A DNA stretch of 59,079 bases, filler included, from Sphacelaria rigidula (GCA_964200075.2; 7 parts of 7 records of this genome joined end to end with filler, not necessarily neighbours in it); one strand, 5' to 3'. Counted from the whole stretch's first letter, positions 37,111 to 50,726 are shown. Translations and numbers: made by a program. The notes: generated by a model not told the origin, from the sequence alone.

Positions 37111-40100
37111 TCGCGCCCGGGCCGAGGTTGTGATGGCCTCTCTTTCTGCTGTTTGGGAGCTCATTTGACACAGCCGTGAAGGTCAACCAACAATGGCACG
37201 CCAAGGGTTCGATCATGCGGCCCAAAATATAGGTGTCCGGTCGGACGGTCAACGTAGAATGTTCCTCCCGTCGACAGGCTATGAGTGCCGCAGCTCGCAG
37301 ACTCCGTGAATGGCTACCCATCGACATGCTTGTATTGCTACGCTCATCACTACAGCAGTATATATTTATAAATATACCAAAGGTGTCCATGCGTGCCTTG
37401 CTCCCCACTTTACACCAAAATGTGGCGCTGTCGTTTACTGAGGGAGATAAAGAACTGTGACGTTTTATATGCATCGTCATCATACACGTCCCATGGAGTA
37501 AGACTGCGCAAACGTTCGAAGCTTGTATACTTCCCACGCTATCACCACGCAATTGACAAGAAGACTTGCTCGATTTCAAATATGATCGACCGTTCATAAA
37601 TATCAGAGCGTGTCCGCTCACGTGCCGATGTTCCTCGACTGGAATCAGTTCTATGATGGGTACGTGATATCTTCACTATTGCCGTCCAGTTTAAAGATGC
37701 CCAGATGCCCAAGTGACTTGAGCCTGGTCCAGAGATGATATTGCATTTTTCCTCTGTTATCAGATTCGTTGATCATTTGAAAAATCTTCATTACATATCA
37801 ACAGAGGTATGGCCCGTCGCACTACTTGAAAATAGTGTGGGTTGATATTTGTTTTTCGATTTTTTTTCATTTGACGATGCACGACTCTGTGTGGGTCTGA
37901 GGTCTAAAAGTCGACGTACCTCTCTCGCCACAGCAACATAGATCCACCGTTGAGGCCCAGGGATCATGAAACGATTATGGCCAGGGGAGAGCGAACGTGT
38001 AGGCATGCAGCTGCGGGATACAGAAGACGAACACAGCAGCAGGAGGTGCAGCAGATGTGTACATCGACTACGCTCCACCCTTTTGTTGTAGACTTCCTCG
38101 TAACCCGCTTGATTATGTACAGATCTATTCCCATCTCTACTCGGGCGAAGAGCATAGCGGCACACCACGCATATCCTACTACGTACGTCGTGACGATCCG
38201 GGAAATGCGCACGCACACAGTCTCGTTTGCGTGCACAGCATCACGCCAGCGACGAACACGTGCCGAGCATGGGACACCATTTCTCCCCCAAAACGTCAAC
38301 ACCTGCCGACCACACGCACCCGACACACGCACTCACCGAGGCATTGTCCCCACGAATCTGGGATTTGCTGGGTCCGTCAGGCGCGGGTCAGTCAGGCGCA
38401 TACGTCAACGCAGGTTACAGCAGTAGCAGAGAGGTTGTGTTATGTCGAAGCGCAGCTTGACTTGTGTGTACACCATGATGCAAACAGCGAACACTGCATG
38501 CTTGTGCAACGGAATCGTGAGTTCACCCGTCCAACTGTAGTCGGAAAAAGTCACGCCCTCATGCACACACGCTCCACTACACGAGCACCCGTCGACCAAG
38601 CAGTGCATCTTTCTTTCTACCTCGGGTGTATGTCGTGTGTGTGTCACCCGCAGATTATTCAATAAAATATTTTGTGTACACAGTCCAGGGTCCAGGTGTA
38701 ACGTACCGGATCACGCCGCCGTTTTACATGGACAACATCTAGAAGCCCGCCGACCTCCAACCCTTTAGAAACTCACAATGGAAAATTGATCATTTGCGAT
38801 TGACGGTTTTTGGGCAAGATATGGTTGGTGGTTCACAGCTCAGACGCAACAGTGTTCGCCAAACTGTATTTTTCAGACCCTTCCGAGTGACGGGTGGAAC
38901 AGGAGAACGTTTCCTATTTTCTTATCGCAGCGATGTCCAGGACCCGTCGGCGCTTTTTTTCTACACTAATGAGCTCCTTTCCCGGCCACAATGCGCGGCA
39001 AGCCTCTGTGAAGCACGCTTCCCGCTTAACCTGCACGCCCTTCCTGCTGCAGTTTATCCTCTTTGCAGCGTCAGAAACACAAGGGCAATGTCGATGGCAC
39101 ATTCGCCATATTTATGAACTGGCGGTGTGATACAACTCCAGGCAGTCACCTTTCCGTGCCGCCGGGAGTGCTGCGATACTGCCCTGTACAGTACTGGGTG
39201 TGTTTACAGCAGTTTGGGGTCATCTCGACTGCAGACTCACGTCAAGCACAACATCGCGCTCATGCACGTTCCGACAGCACCATCCCGCCCTTTGAAAAAA
39301 TGCGTAAAGGCGACGCAGTAGCCATGTGCCCTGCAGTTATGCACCGTCACTGTGGTGTAGTGTCTGCCAAGTGCCGTCGCCCCGGGGGTGATGCCTTACT
39401 GCTTCGTGTTATGTCTGTATCGTATTTTGAAAATATCTGTGTAAAACGCGAGGCATGCACAGGACTGTGCTCTGCCAAGCACGTGTCGACAACATCATAC
39501 TGCGGGTTGACTATTACACAACGGCGTAGCAGTAGGCACAGTTGCCCCACCACATCTATACCGCGGGTTGATCGGTCCCGATCGTTGCACAGACATACTT
39601 AATGCTGCAAATGATTCATGACGCCGGCTACCGCTATTGTCTAGTGAAGTCTACTCTCGTGGCCGGTGTTTCACAACATGCTTATATATATATGTATATG
39701 TATATACATATCTTGCACGGGGTGTCGCCGCAAGTCAATACTGTAACGTACTGTATTTACTGATGGTAGTGTTTTTCATCCGGCCTGATTGCGGTACGCG
39801 GTGCTCGTGGGCTCCCTCCCGTGTGCACGTATATCGCCTGTGCGGACGCCTGCGATTACGCCCGCCGTGTTCCGCCCGCACAACCCACTGAGTCTTCCAC
39901 ATTTGGTGACGAGATTTCGCTGGGTTCAGCCATACTATGCTGTATGTACGGTGTGGCTTGACAAACTCGCCACCTGATGCTGCAGCCCACTAAAGCGGTG
40001 CTTCCCTTATCTTCAAATAAGTGCTGATATACCGATGTGCCTGGTCGGACCCTGGCACCCACTGCTGTTTCATGACTGCAATGTTTCAGGTGGTTTTGCG

Positions 40101-41662
40101 GATTATTGTCGATGGATACAATTGGACACACTTCATCCATTGCGTGGTATGATTGGACAATCTCACCCGAATTGTTCAGGGAGGATATTCGTCTTCGGTC
40201 TTCTATTATAAGAATGGTTGCCGTCGGCCTATTCTGTTTACATCTTCTCCTCTTCGTCAGGGCTTCTCGTAATAATGCGTTTGGCCAAGGGACAGGAGGG
40301 GAGGGTTTAAAGAAGGTTAAACCACACGGTAAATGCACGCCCACAACCTACACTTACCACCACAGCCTAATCTGTCAGTACCAACTGTCGTCACCATTTG
40401 CGGGTTCTTTGGGTTGGCGGCATTGTCCGCCATGTTCAATAGGACAGTACAGTGTTGTTCTCTGTCGATAATATGGAGGCTGTGTTTTCCAAGGTTAGAC
40501 GCCAAGAAAATCCGCACCTCGCTTGTGATGACGTCGAAACTTGGAGGATGTCTTGGCTGGTACTACAGCAAGGTGTCGGAGCCACAGCCGTGGCTACACC
40601 AGGCGCTGATGGCCCGGTCTACATTGAAACGGTGGATACCATTCTCACCCGTTTCTATTTTTATTCCCCACCTCCTGTCTGATGACGATTATAGTAGATT
40701 CAATGTCGACCAGGTTCGCAGACCGCCACGGATCCTTCCGGCTCCATCGTAAATATTAGCCCAGTCAGCGATTAAAACTCGCAGGAAACGAAAAAATAAC
40801 CAGCATCTAGGCCCCACCATGTATGTGAGGGTCTAGGCTGAACGTTTGCCGGTCCGGAAAGCTCAACACGTCAAGGTTAAGCTTGTCTCACGCGACCGCT
40901 GCGTTCTGCCATGGACCCTTCCCCACGAACTTGACAAGTGGGCAATACTCTCGTACAGACAGTGGCAATGCCAGCGGATTGAAGATCCTGACAGTCTGGC
41001 AGCCGGCAAGGTAATTATAGTAGTGTCCTTTTAGCGATATCAACTCACACCACGCTACTGGCGAGCGAAGGACAATGATGCAACACGCTGAATGCCCGCG
41101 AGCACCAGCGACAGCAGTAGTAGTGATGGCAGCCAAGCCATCACAGGTGCTGTCGTAGGCTGTAAGGGTTGTTCGGGCGCTTTTTCGATAACATTTTTCG
41201 ATAGCCGGAGATTATCATAAATTTTTTCATCAGAAAACGCGTTTTGTGATAACATAAACAGTGGCTTTTTGATCAATCATCAAAAACCGTTTTTGAATAA
41301 ATGAGAAGTAGCTGAAAAACTGAGCTCAGGTTCGAGAGCACGGTCCATTTCTCCTCAAAAACCTCCTGAAAAAAAATACATGAAAAACAAACGAAAAACA
41401 AACTATATATTTTTTCGTGATCATGTAGTGGCGATTCTCCAAACGAAATTTCAAAGCACAACTCTCAAAAACTAAGACGCAATATCCAGATTTAGTGCAT
41501 TAACCCTTTTGGGACCGGACCCCCACTAACACAGGGTTGACCCTGTGGTAGTGGAAGAATAAAAAATAAGTCTTCGAGCGATCTACCTAGTCACGGCGAG
41601 GCGAAATTTATCGACCAGGCCCGAACGACCAGCGCGGGAATTGTTGTCGGATGTGATGCCAC

Positions 41663-41766
41663 TTGTGACGGTTTCAGAGATGACCAACTAGACTACTGAC
41701 CAGTCAGCGCTGGCGCCAGCGCTGACTGGTCAGTAGTCTAGTTGGTTATCTCTGAAACCGTTACAA
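41663..41766. repeat. 104-bp spacer-less palindrome made of two head-to-head tRNA-Val-like heads
   Basis: Centre 41714|41715 (tggc|gcca); 52-bp arms with 2 mismatches, both G.T on the top strand. Confidence 0.92.
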
Positions 41767-41803
41767 AAGTTAGCCGTGGGGGTTCAATCCCCATCACTGT
41801 CAC
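41727..41803 (+). mobile_element. tRNA-Val(TAC)-like SINE head
   Basis: A box TAGTCTAGTTGG followed by TTATC, TTACA loop, B box GGTTCAATCCC; stems degenerate. Confidence 0.6.
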
Positions 41804-42069
41804 TCCGAGGAAGATGACTCCCCTTGCCAGCGCTCCATCGACGCCAGCCAGGACTTTTAGTGTTGACCCTTCTCACAGTACCCTAGAGGTACTCGTCTTC
41901 CCCTCTCTTTCCCAGAGTGTGTGCACTGGGGACCCTAGCAGTCATCTCCGAATATAGCCAACTGGCCATTCCCACCCTTTTCCTTTTTGGGCCAATTGTT
42001 TAATGAGGTTTATGTCCTTGGGGCCAATATTTTCTAGAGGTTTTCTCTCCCCTTTTTCTTCGAAGAAAG

Positions 42070-42171
42070 TGCGTCCGACGGGAATCGAACCAGCGACTAA
42101 CTTTTGTAAGTGTTTAGAGACAACCAACTAGACTACTGACCAGTCAGCGCTGACTGGTCAGTAGTCTAGTT
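42070..42171 (-). mobile_element. Second tRNA-Val-like head, with a perfect 46-bp palindrome (42126-42171) cut by the contig end
   Basis: Reverse complement ggtcagtagtctagttggttgtctctaaacacttacaaaagttagtcgctggttcgattcccgtcggacgc; palindrome centre agc|gct at 42148|42149. Confidence 0.7.
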
Positions 42172-42271
42172 NNNNNNNNNNNNNNNNNNNNNNNNNNNNN
42201 NNNNNNNNNNNNNNNTTAATTAATTAANNNNNNNNNNNNNNNNNNNNNNNNNNNNNNNNNNNNNNNNNNNN
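42172..42271. other. Artificial contig linker
   Basis: N44-TTAATTAATTAA-N44. Confidence 0.97.
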
Positions 42272-43138
42272 CACTCGGTGGGTTGTTGGTCCCCCCTCCC
42301 AGGCCCCATCCTTCCCGGCGGGGGGGGGGGGGGCCCCCCCCCCCCCCCCCCCCCCCCCCACCCCTTAGATACGTCCACCCGATGATTGACCATGTTTTGA
42401 CACAGACACAATACTACAATACTAAAATACTATCGAGACTCGGGGATGGCGCCTCAGTGAAAACATTGCTCAACCCACCAATTTTGCACTTGAGTCGATA
42501 CTTGAGGGTGATATCCTAAGTCAAAGTGATGAAGCTGCCAGACGTCGCGAGACATCTGAAACTGAACTTGGTTCACGTGTTACGAGTACTTTGCTGGATT
42601 CGTAATAAGGACACGCACTGCTTTCAACAGAATGGTGAGGGTTGATCGCGAGTCAAAAATATGACACGAATGGTGAGCAATAACAAGACAATGCAACGGC
42701 TGGGTTTTGGAGTTTCATGAAGACCATCCCACGCCCTGTACATATTGTAGAGATACTGTAGATACAGGGTGTACGAAATATGAGTTCACGTCACAAGTTA
42801 TCTATAGCGTTAGCACCACCACTGTAGCTTCTAGTGCAGTTGCGTGTAGCGGTCTTGATGATGCTTTTATTGTGGTCTTCGGCCGATGCCTCACATATGT
42901 CTATACGTCCAAGAAGGGCGAGGGAGAGGAGGGGCGGAACTGACAGATTCCTCATCCTGTGTTGAGACTTTCATATTCTGAAAAATAAACAGTGCTTTCC
43001 CGTCGTGTTGAAAAAGACGAATGTAAACGAACGCTGCTGTTGTAAAGGATGAGGGAGGTTTTATTTATGTTTCCTTTAGGTCTTTTGCATGTATACTTGT
43101 CTTCTTTTGCCGCCAATGCTGTTGTTGCTCCTATTCAG

Positions 43139-46100
43139 GACTATGGGTGCTACCTAGACGCAGATGCCGTGGCGGGCGCTGTATCCTGCCGCGAGATGGA
43201 GTGGGCTTTGCGCGAGGTACTCACACTAGCGGCTCAGTGTCAACGCTACAGAGACAAGGAGAGGTGAGGCTATACTCTCCGTAACTTTGTAGCGCACTGT
43301 GTCCAAAGTGCCGTGGTGAGAGTGTGCCGCACAGTTTTCAGTGTAGACGTGATACCCCTGGTTCCAAGCGTGCCGCCAGCCCTAACCCACATTTTCTTGC
43401 TCACACGATTTTTCAAGTAGTAAGAGAGAGCTATGTACAGGCTGCCAAGCATAGGTGTAGATCGCTCCCAAACTCAAGGAGCGCATGCCATGCCGCAGCT
43501 TAGCTGGCGTTGATATTGTTTACCGCAACCCGAGATCCCCTGTACACACCTCATCTCCCACACACGGCTTCGCAGGCTTCTACACCAACTCATCAGGGGC
43601 GCTCACACGCTAGCGTTGCACACGCCAACGGGACGATCACCTGCTGAAGGCGTGACACCACTGCCGCACCACACCCCTGTGAGTACACCGGGCACTCGTA
43701 CTCCGACACTCCTCAGCCCCAGCAGCCCTTCCTTCCACTCCAGAACCGTAAGCCCGTTGTCTATTGCCGCGGCAATCGACAGAGCGGCCTCCGCTCCCAC
43801 TAAAGCGAACTTTACAAGAACCGTGGAGTCAAGGCCCATGGAAGACGATGCGGTGCGCAACATTTTCGGGCTTGGGCGCGCACGGGGTCGCCGCCATGGC
43901 GAAGTGGGCAATCCTTACCCAGGTCAACGTGATGTTGGTGACGGCCGAGGCTCGGAAGATGAAGCCAGGAGGATGGAGAGGGCCTCGAGTGAGGGACTGA
44001 GAGGATCTGGGGATGCTATGAAAGATCGTAGGAGTGAGGAAGAGGAGCTAGGAAGTGCGACGCTGTGCTTGCTGCTGAACAACCTGGGGCAGCTGTTTCG
44101 GTGGGACGTGGCGTCAACTGCGGATATATGTGCTGACGCATTTCCTGAAGTTCGTCCATGGTGAGTCAAGCGTTCGGTAGTGGGGTGGTCATGGGTTAGG
44201 TTGGGTTGAGTTGTGAGCCTTTGTATCTATTTTGTGGCTCGAAGTGGAGGATGTTCAGTCAAACCGTAGCCTTCCGTGCCCATGATTTCCTCCGAACAGT
44301 CATGCGCGTGTGTCTCCGCTGCTCATGTTTTTTTTCACAAAGAGAAGGCATCAGCAACAAAGGTAGACGGTACAGTAACGATTGTGAAGCTGTCTGGTGA
44401 TGACTATTCACAGAGTGTACCATCCTGACGGTTCATTCAACGTTGGGGTGAGTGAGACTGCCACGCAGAAATGTAAGCAGTAAAGCGCTGTTGCGCGACC
44501 AACGTTGTCGTTCGACTGCAGTTTCATGAACTGTTGGCGAATGGACATGTAGCTGCTTCAGTGGCAACGGTCCTGCAAACAGATAGTGGACCGTCCCGCC
44601 GTTCAATCAAAAACATCGCAAGAACGTGGGTACTTTCCCGTGATAATATTCTCGCTGTTTCGCTACGTTCCGTGCTGGCGCTTGCAGGAATGTTCATCAC
44701 GCCTTGTTCCAAGAGTGTCCTTGGGGCACGACGGAACCGGCGACTCCTCTCCCTGGTACTACACCCAACAGCGCGAGCGGAAGGCCATCCGTACGAGATG
44801 ACGCTGGTACTCGGTACGATGCTGCCTTTCACGCGTACTTGTGGGCGACAATATTGCGGCGACCAGCGATATGCCGCAGGGACTGGTGAGAGCAAACATA
44901 CTTGTTAGATAGTGGTCGTTGCCGGCGCTGTTCTGTGAGTGGGTTGGCGTTGATGTTGCGGCGGTGAGAATTCTGGTTGATCTTGTGCCCTCTTTACTTC
45001 CGCTCTCTACCATACGTTGCGGTGATTCGTCTCGTCAGATTTTTTCGCTTTCGCTTTCGGTCAATGCGTGTCGTGTTTCCTTATATTTTTTTTCTTGTCA
45101 CGACTTAGTCTGCTATGTCGTTCTGTTCGACCCCTCTTTTTTTTTTCTTTTTGTTCTTGTTTTTTTTTTTCCTTGGAGCGTGTTTCAGTTTCGTTTTCTT
45201 GGGTACGTCTATGATGAGACCACGGCTGGACCCCTGGGGGGTGAGGTAAAGTGCGACAATCAATCAATCATTATATCCACGTCACTAAATATTTGTAGTA
45301 GTCGCCGCGGCGCCTGTTCCTTTACGGCGTGTGTTCAAGGAGGGCTGTGGACGACCTCCCTCACAGCGATCATAGCGACTTGAAATGAGCAGCACTCAAT
45401 GACCCTGCTTCTCGTTTGATGATGCCTTCTTTTCTCTGTGTACTCCACCCCCAACAGGAAGATGGTTCAGCGGTGCTTACAACTATCCCTAAGGATAGCG
45501 AGCAAGCTGCGTTCCTTGCCGTCGAGCCACCCACTTCATGCATTTTGCCTCGCAGCCACTAGGAATTTCTGCGGCAATGGCTCCAGCACGGAAACGGACA
45601 GCAGCGATGTTTCTAATCCTCGCGTGGTAGACTCTCGGCCTGGCTGGCACAACCGAAATATTGAGATCAATCGTGTTGCTGAGTCGTGGCAGGCGGTAAC
45701 CCGGGGGGATGGTGACCTCGGGGGTGGGGAGGCATGCCGCCGCTACTCGAATATCGTACAAGAAGTGGTGATGATGTGGTTTCGAGATCCCGACGCCGTT
45801 GATCTGGACCCCTTGTGGTTGCTACTAAAGCTGAGGACGTACAAGAACTGGTGAGTGACGCGACGAAACGGGGAGAAATGGGGAGAGACTGTTCGGCGAT
45901 GTGTTGCTTTTATAGTGAGAAGAACTTAGCATGACTGAGTAAAGCTTCTGTTATAGGCTTCAACACATGGAATTGATTCAGAACGCTTGAGTTTGGTTTT
46001 TCTAGCAATGCGCGTGTCTATGTCCGGTCTGGCATTTTTTCACCACCTGAAATTTTTCTGTTGTAGTGCATGCAACCTCTGCACTCGCGCGTTTCTGCTT

Positions 46101-48092
46101 CTCCGTCTCCTTGTATCTGCTCTTGCAGGTCCTTAGCATTCCACATCTGCGCAGCTGTGATGCGCCTTTGGGAACAAGACCAATCGCACTCATACGCGGA
46201 ACGCGATAGGGAAAGGATGCACATCCTTGGCTCTAACGCCGAGGGCACGCGCACCCACCGAGCGGATTTGGCTTCGGTTCTAACGGTTTTCGATACTCTT
46301 GCCGAGGCGTGTTTCTGCAGTTTCGATAATCACAACATTGAAGTCTTGTCTGAAGCCCTCGCAGCCATTTTGGCCGCAGATAGCGCGATCCGTAGGGCAT
46401 CATACCCCAGAATTTCGAAGAAAACAGGCCCTGCAAGACGGACTGTCGCCGGCCGTGGTGTGACCGTGCAAGGGGGGCTCGACTCCCCTGGAATTAATGG
46501 ACGGGAGACCGCTTCAACATTGGGCACGGTGCGGAAAGGAACGGATCGACCTGAAACTGGCGCTGGTGTTTCCCTTGCCGTAGAGTATGGTACAAGCGTT
46601 GGCCGAGCAAGAGCTGATGGGAATGCCTCCCTCGCTTGCAGCGGAGAAGGGGGGTTGGGAGAAGACCGTGGGGGTCAAGGATATGCCGGGACTGGGAGCG
46701 GCGGTAGCAGAACAGATATTAATGGGATGTCGCAGAGACCAGAGCAAGATGCAAATGGGGCCGGCTTGGGCGAGCCGAATGCTGAGCAAGACAGTGACGA
46801 GCCCAGCGGTGCCTGGATTCGAGACTCCAGGACGGTTGAGGTGATTCGGGGCCTAATGCGGCGGTGTCGAGACTATCCGCATCCTCAGGGCGGCAGCGGC
46901 GAGGATGGGGTTGGCAGTGGTGTGGGGTTGGGTAGTAGAGCACGTGTAGCGTCGGTGGGATCTGAACCAGGGTTTGGGGAGTCACTGGCGACTGCTACGG
47001 CATTCTCCTTTGTTGATCTAGCGGAGGCTTTGGTGGATGGTGTGGGGCCTGAGGTCACTGGACACGTCCTTGCAGCGTGCCCCGCTTTGCTGGAAGGCAT
47101 GCCTCCGAAGGTACGTCCACAGCTGTTGTAATCATGTGGATGTAGGAGGATAGCACATGATGTTTAGGGTCACACCATGGGCCATCGTTTACTTTTTGTT
47201 TCGCGGTAGAGCATTAACAAGGCCTTTGTAGCTGTTTGAATCTTTTCTGTGCTTCGCTCACGTGCGTACAGACTGGAATTTGAGACTCCCGCGTCATCTT
47301 TCGGTCCTTGGATTTTCCATCCTCTCCCCTCTCTGCTGTCTTTGTACAACATTCTCATCGCCGCTTTTGCAGTTTTTCCAAAAGCTGGCCAACCGACAGG
47401 CAGCCTTGCACCAACAGCACGCGTTAGAAGCAATGCTATTGAAACAGGCGACGGCGGATATGTGGGCTCTGGGAGGTATTGGCCACGCTGGGGTGGGGCC
47501 GTACCATTCCAATGAACGAAAACAAACTCGCAGGAAGGAGACTCGTCCAACTGGAGGGGATCAAACTTCCTCACTGGGACCAAGATTAGCTTGGCTAGCC
47601 TGTGAAGAGCTCACCTCCTTTTTCCAGCAAAACGACAGCGCCAGCACCCTCGGTGCCAGACAGGATGGATCTTTCCTCCTGTCGACCCCCGACGATCGCG
47701 GCAGTACAAACCCCAGTCGACCACGGCCGTGGTCAGTAGGAGCAGAGGAAGTGGTGAGGCACGGCATATCCCGCTCGGGGATGAACCTGATTTTGCCCGG
47801 GAAAACGCACCGTGGGACCGCTCTAACGCCCACGTCTCCGTGCGCCTACTGTGGTCTGTCCCTCGCCTGTGCCGGTCATCCGTCACGTGAACGCGCGGAG
47901 TTGGGGCTGGGCATGGCAGCAAAATACGTTGCATCGTCAAGCCCTGAGGAATCTGTAGAGGTGGTAATAGCGGGCTGCGGGCATGGCTATCACGTGCGCT
48001 GTATGGAAGAAACGATTGTCTCGTTGGCCTCGCGAGATGGAATGTCCTCGTCATGGAGGTCGCTAGATATGCCATGCGCCAAGTGTGTTTAA
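43139..48092 (+). CDS. 3' part of a large protein with C-terminal RING-type zinc finger (HPS5/Vps41-like trafficking protein, tentative); exons 43139-43263, 43576-44160, 45458-45850, 46129-47110, 47373-48092
   Basis: Phase-consistent GT-AG introns; helical segments with low-complexity inserts; terminal CAYC...CGHGYHVRC...CAKC-stop. Confidence 0.8.
45060..45270 (+). mobile_element. RTE-LINE 3' UTR fragment with (CAAT)n tail, intronic
   Basis: Reverse complement of 6790-6990. Confidence 0.75.
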
Positions 48093-49563
48093 AGAGTTTA
48101 CCGGGAGCGCCCTACAAGAGTATGCGCTCGGAAGGAGCGTTGATCGCATTGTCGCCGCCGCGGATGGGGCGTTGAATGGCTTCGTCGAAGCTTTAGATTG
48201 AGCGATGACCGCTCGTTTGTGAGAGAATAGGGAGCATAGAGGGGGGTCGACGTTGCAGTTGCAGTCAGTGGTAGATTAACACGTACCTGTAGTATGTACT
48301 TTCTGGTATTCTATCATGGTTTCCCCTCGTGCTTCGCTCGTATATCTGCCGGCACGGTGTTTCTTGTGCGTCTTGTGAGCTTTGAGAGTGCTTTCAGCTA
48401 CTTTTGAGTGGCAGGGAGCCGCATTAATGCACAACTTGTATTGTGCTGTGCCGTCTAAGTGGATTTTTGGTTGTGAGTACTTGTACCCTGATGTAATATT
48501 CCCGACTTCAGTGTGTTTGGTGGGGGTTTGAATTATCGACGGAATTTGTGCCTGACATAACCTTTGACTGTTTGTGTGTATAGCGATGTCACCTAACGTA
48601 CTTTAGCGCGCATCGTATGTGCTGAATCGTTTCCGTTGACTTGGGTCGTCGCTTTTTCGAGGCCGTCAGGACGTGGTGCGCACTTGTCGGGTGCTTTTGT
48701 TACTTTCCCGGTAGCGCTTTTCGATTTTGTAGGTGCGTTGTTAATAAGTAGCTCCCGACAAGGAAGCTACAGATTTTTTTTTCTCCCGACCATTCGGAAA
48801 ACTACTGTCCTCTGTGGTGTACAGTTCCCCGAAGTAAGAAAATAACACGGCTCCTCATCTAGGTGTACAATACGCGCACTAGAAGGATACGATGCCCGGT
48901 CAAAGAAGGTGGCAACATAGATGAGGACCGCAATGTGGTGTCGATACGTTCGGCTACCTGGCGAAATGCCGAAAAAAGCGCACTCTTGCGCACCTGCTTC
49001 TACCAGCATACGAACTCCAAGTTTGTGTGATGAATTTGGTTTCCACCGGATTTCGTAGAGTTCGAAGTATTTGTATAAATTTCAGACTGAAATCAACCCT
49101 CTGAGGGTTTGTTGTAAAACAGTCTTGGTTTCAGTATACCTCGACCGTTTTTGAAACTTACAGACTTTGAACAGCGACGATGCCGCTGTTTTGGAACATG
49201 TAGGCTTTCGACCGTGTTTTGAAATAAATGGGCTTTAGAGCTTTGAACTACATAGCCTGTCTGTGCCAGGAATTGGTCGAGGATGCCGCTGCCTTTTACC
49301 GCTGCGCCTCTGTCAGACTGCGCCGTATGTTCCTCCAATGGCAAGTACACAGGTGCCGGCAGTGGTGAATCTCTTCCGTCATGCGGGCGACCACATCAGT
49401 TATGGTGCGGCACTTTTGCGTGGAGGGAAGCATTAGCATGTACTGCACCAATGCTGTCCTTGGGTACGACACTGAAGGATTAGCATCTACCGCGCAAGAT
49501 GTATCCGTCCGTTTGGCTGCACGTGACCGCACACAAAATTCACGCTGCCGCCGCTCGATAAAC

Positions 49564-49970
49564 ACGGGATTTTACAAATTGGGGATGAAAACCCGGGAAA
49601 TTAAAATCTTCGTATCCACACCAAATCTCCGAAGCATGCTTCCATTTCTTCACTCGCTGGTAGCTATTGACAACTACTACACGCAACAAAAAATTGGATT
49701 TCGATAACCGAAACATCGGGGTCCTTGGTGAAAAACCATTTTTGGGGGTTTTTAGGTGTACGATCGGACGCCAAAATTGTTTTTTTACCCAGGACCCCGG
49801 TATTTCGGTTATCGAAATCTAATTTTGAATGGCATGTAGAGGTTGTCAACAGCTACCAGGAAAGTGAAGAAATGGAAGCATACTTGGAAGATTTAATGTG
49901 GATACCAAGATTTACTTCTCCGTGTTTTCATCCCCACTAAAAGATCCATCCCCAGTTTGTAAAATCCCGT
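49564..49970. mobile_element. ~400-bp foldback element
   Basis: acgggattttacaaa...tttgtaaaatcccgt ends; internal arms pair over most of the length (atttcgataaccgaaa / tttcggttatcgaaat). Confidence 0.8.
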
Positions 49971-50625
49971 TTTGATACGGGCCCATTTAGTGGGAGGAGG
50001 TTGGAGATTTGGCTCTGTTGTTGGGGCTATTGCGCGATGAGTTTATTTATTGAGGGCGAAAATGTCCCGGCCGCTGGCAGCATTGTTCTTATCGACGGAA
50101 CGTTGGTCGTACACACGTGATTCTGGAACATATCGGCTTTGGGCAGCGAGGATGTCGCCGTCTTGGAACATACTGTACAGACCTCCAGAGTTGGTGATCA
50201 TCTGCTGAATCGGCACCATTTTCACTTGAAAAACGCGTGCAACACCCAGATGACACGCACAGGGTTTCAGTTCTTTCAAGTTCACAAAGTGAATTTGGTT
50301 TCTGCTGCGGGTGAAACTCGACTGACCGGTTTTCTGCGACAGGATTTCTGCGACTTACCAGCGGCTCCTAATTTTGGGGTTGAAACTAAAAATGAGGTTG
50401 AAGTCCCGTTTCTCTATTGCAGGGAAGATACGAAAGAGTAACGTAGAGCGAAAGTATCTCCCCCCCCAAACTCTGCAGAAGGGCTCAGCCGTCAGACAGC
50501 AAGAGTAGTTCACCTGCTGAATCGGCATCAATATTCACTCGGAAAAAGTACACCTGGTCCAGATGGACTACCAACACCGTGGTCCAAGGGTTAAGCAACT
50601 CTGACTAGGTGCACCCAACGAATGC

Positions 50626-50725
50626 NNNNNNNNNNNNNNNNNNNNNNNNNNNNNNNNNNNNNNNNNNNNTTAATTAATTAANNNNNNNNNNNNNNNNNNN
50701 NNNNNNNNNNNNNNNNNNNNNNNNN
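50626..50725. other. Artificial contig linker
   Basis: N44-TTAATTAATTAA-N44. Confidence 0.97.
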
Positions 50726-50726
50726 C

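Noticed and set aside
36905-40752. Long ORF-track entries (120-240 aa) as genes
   Set aside because: No recognisable domains or consistent splice structure; several run through SINE sequence; probably chance ORFs or decayed transposon DNA
32560-41330. Apparent 8.7-kb element bounded by ~340-bp inverted repeats
   Set aside because: The two arms are on different contigs separated by a linker; best read as two copies of a dispersed repeat
41500-50594. Single piggyBac element enclosing the RING gene
   Set aside because: The ends are on different contigs and differ in sequence
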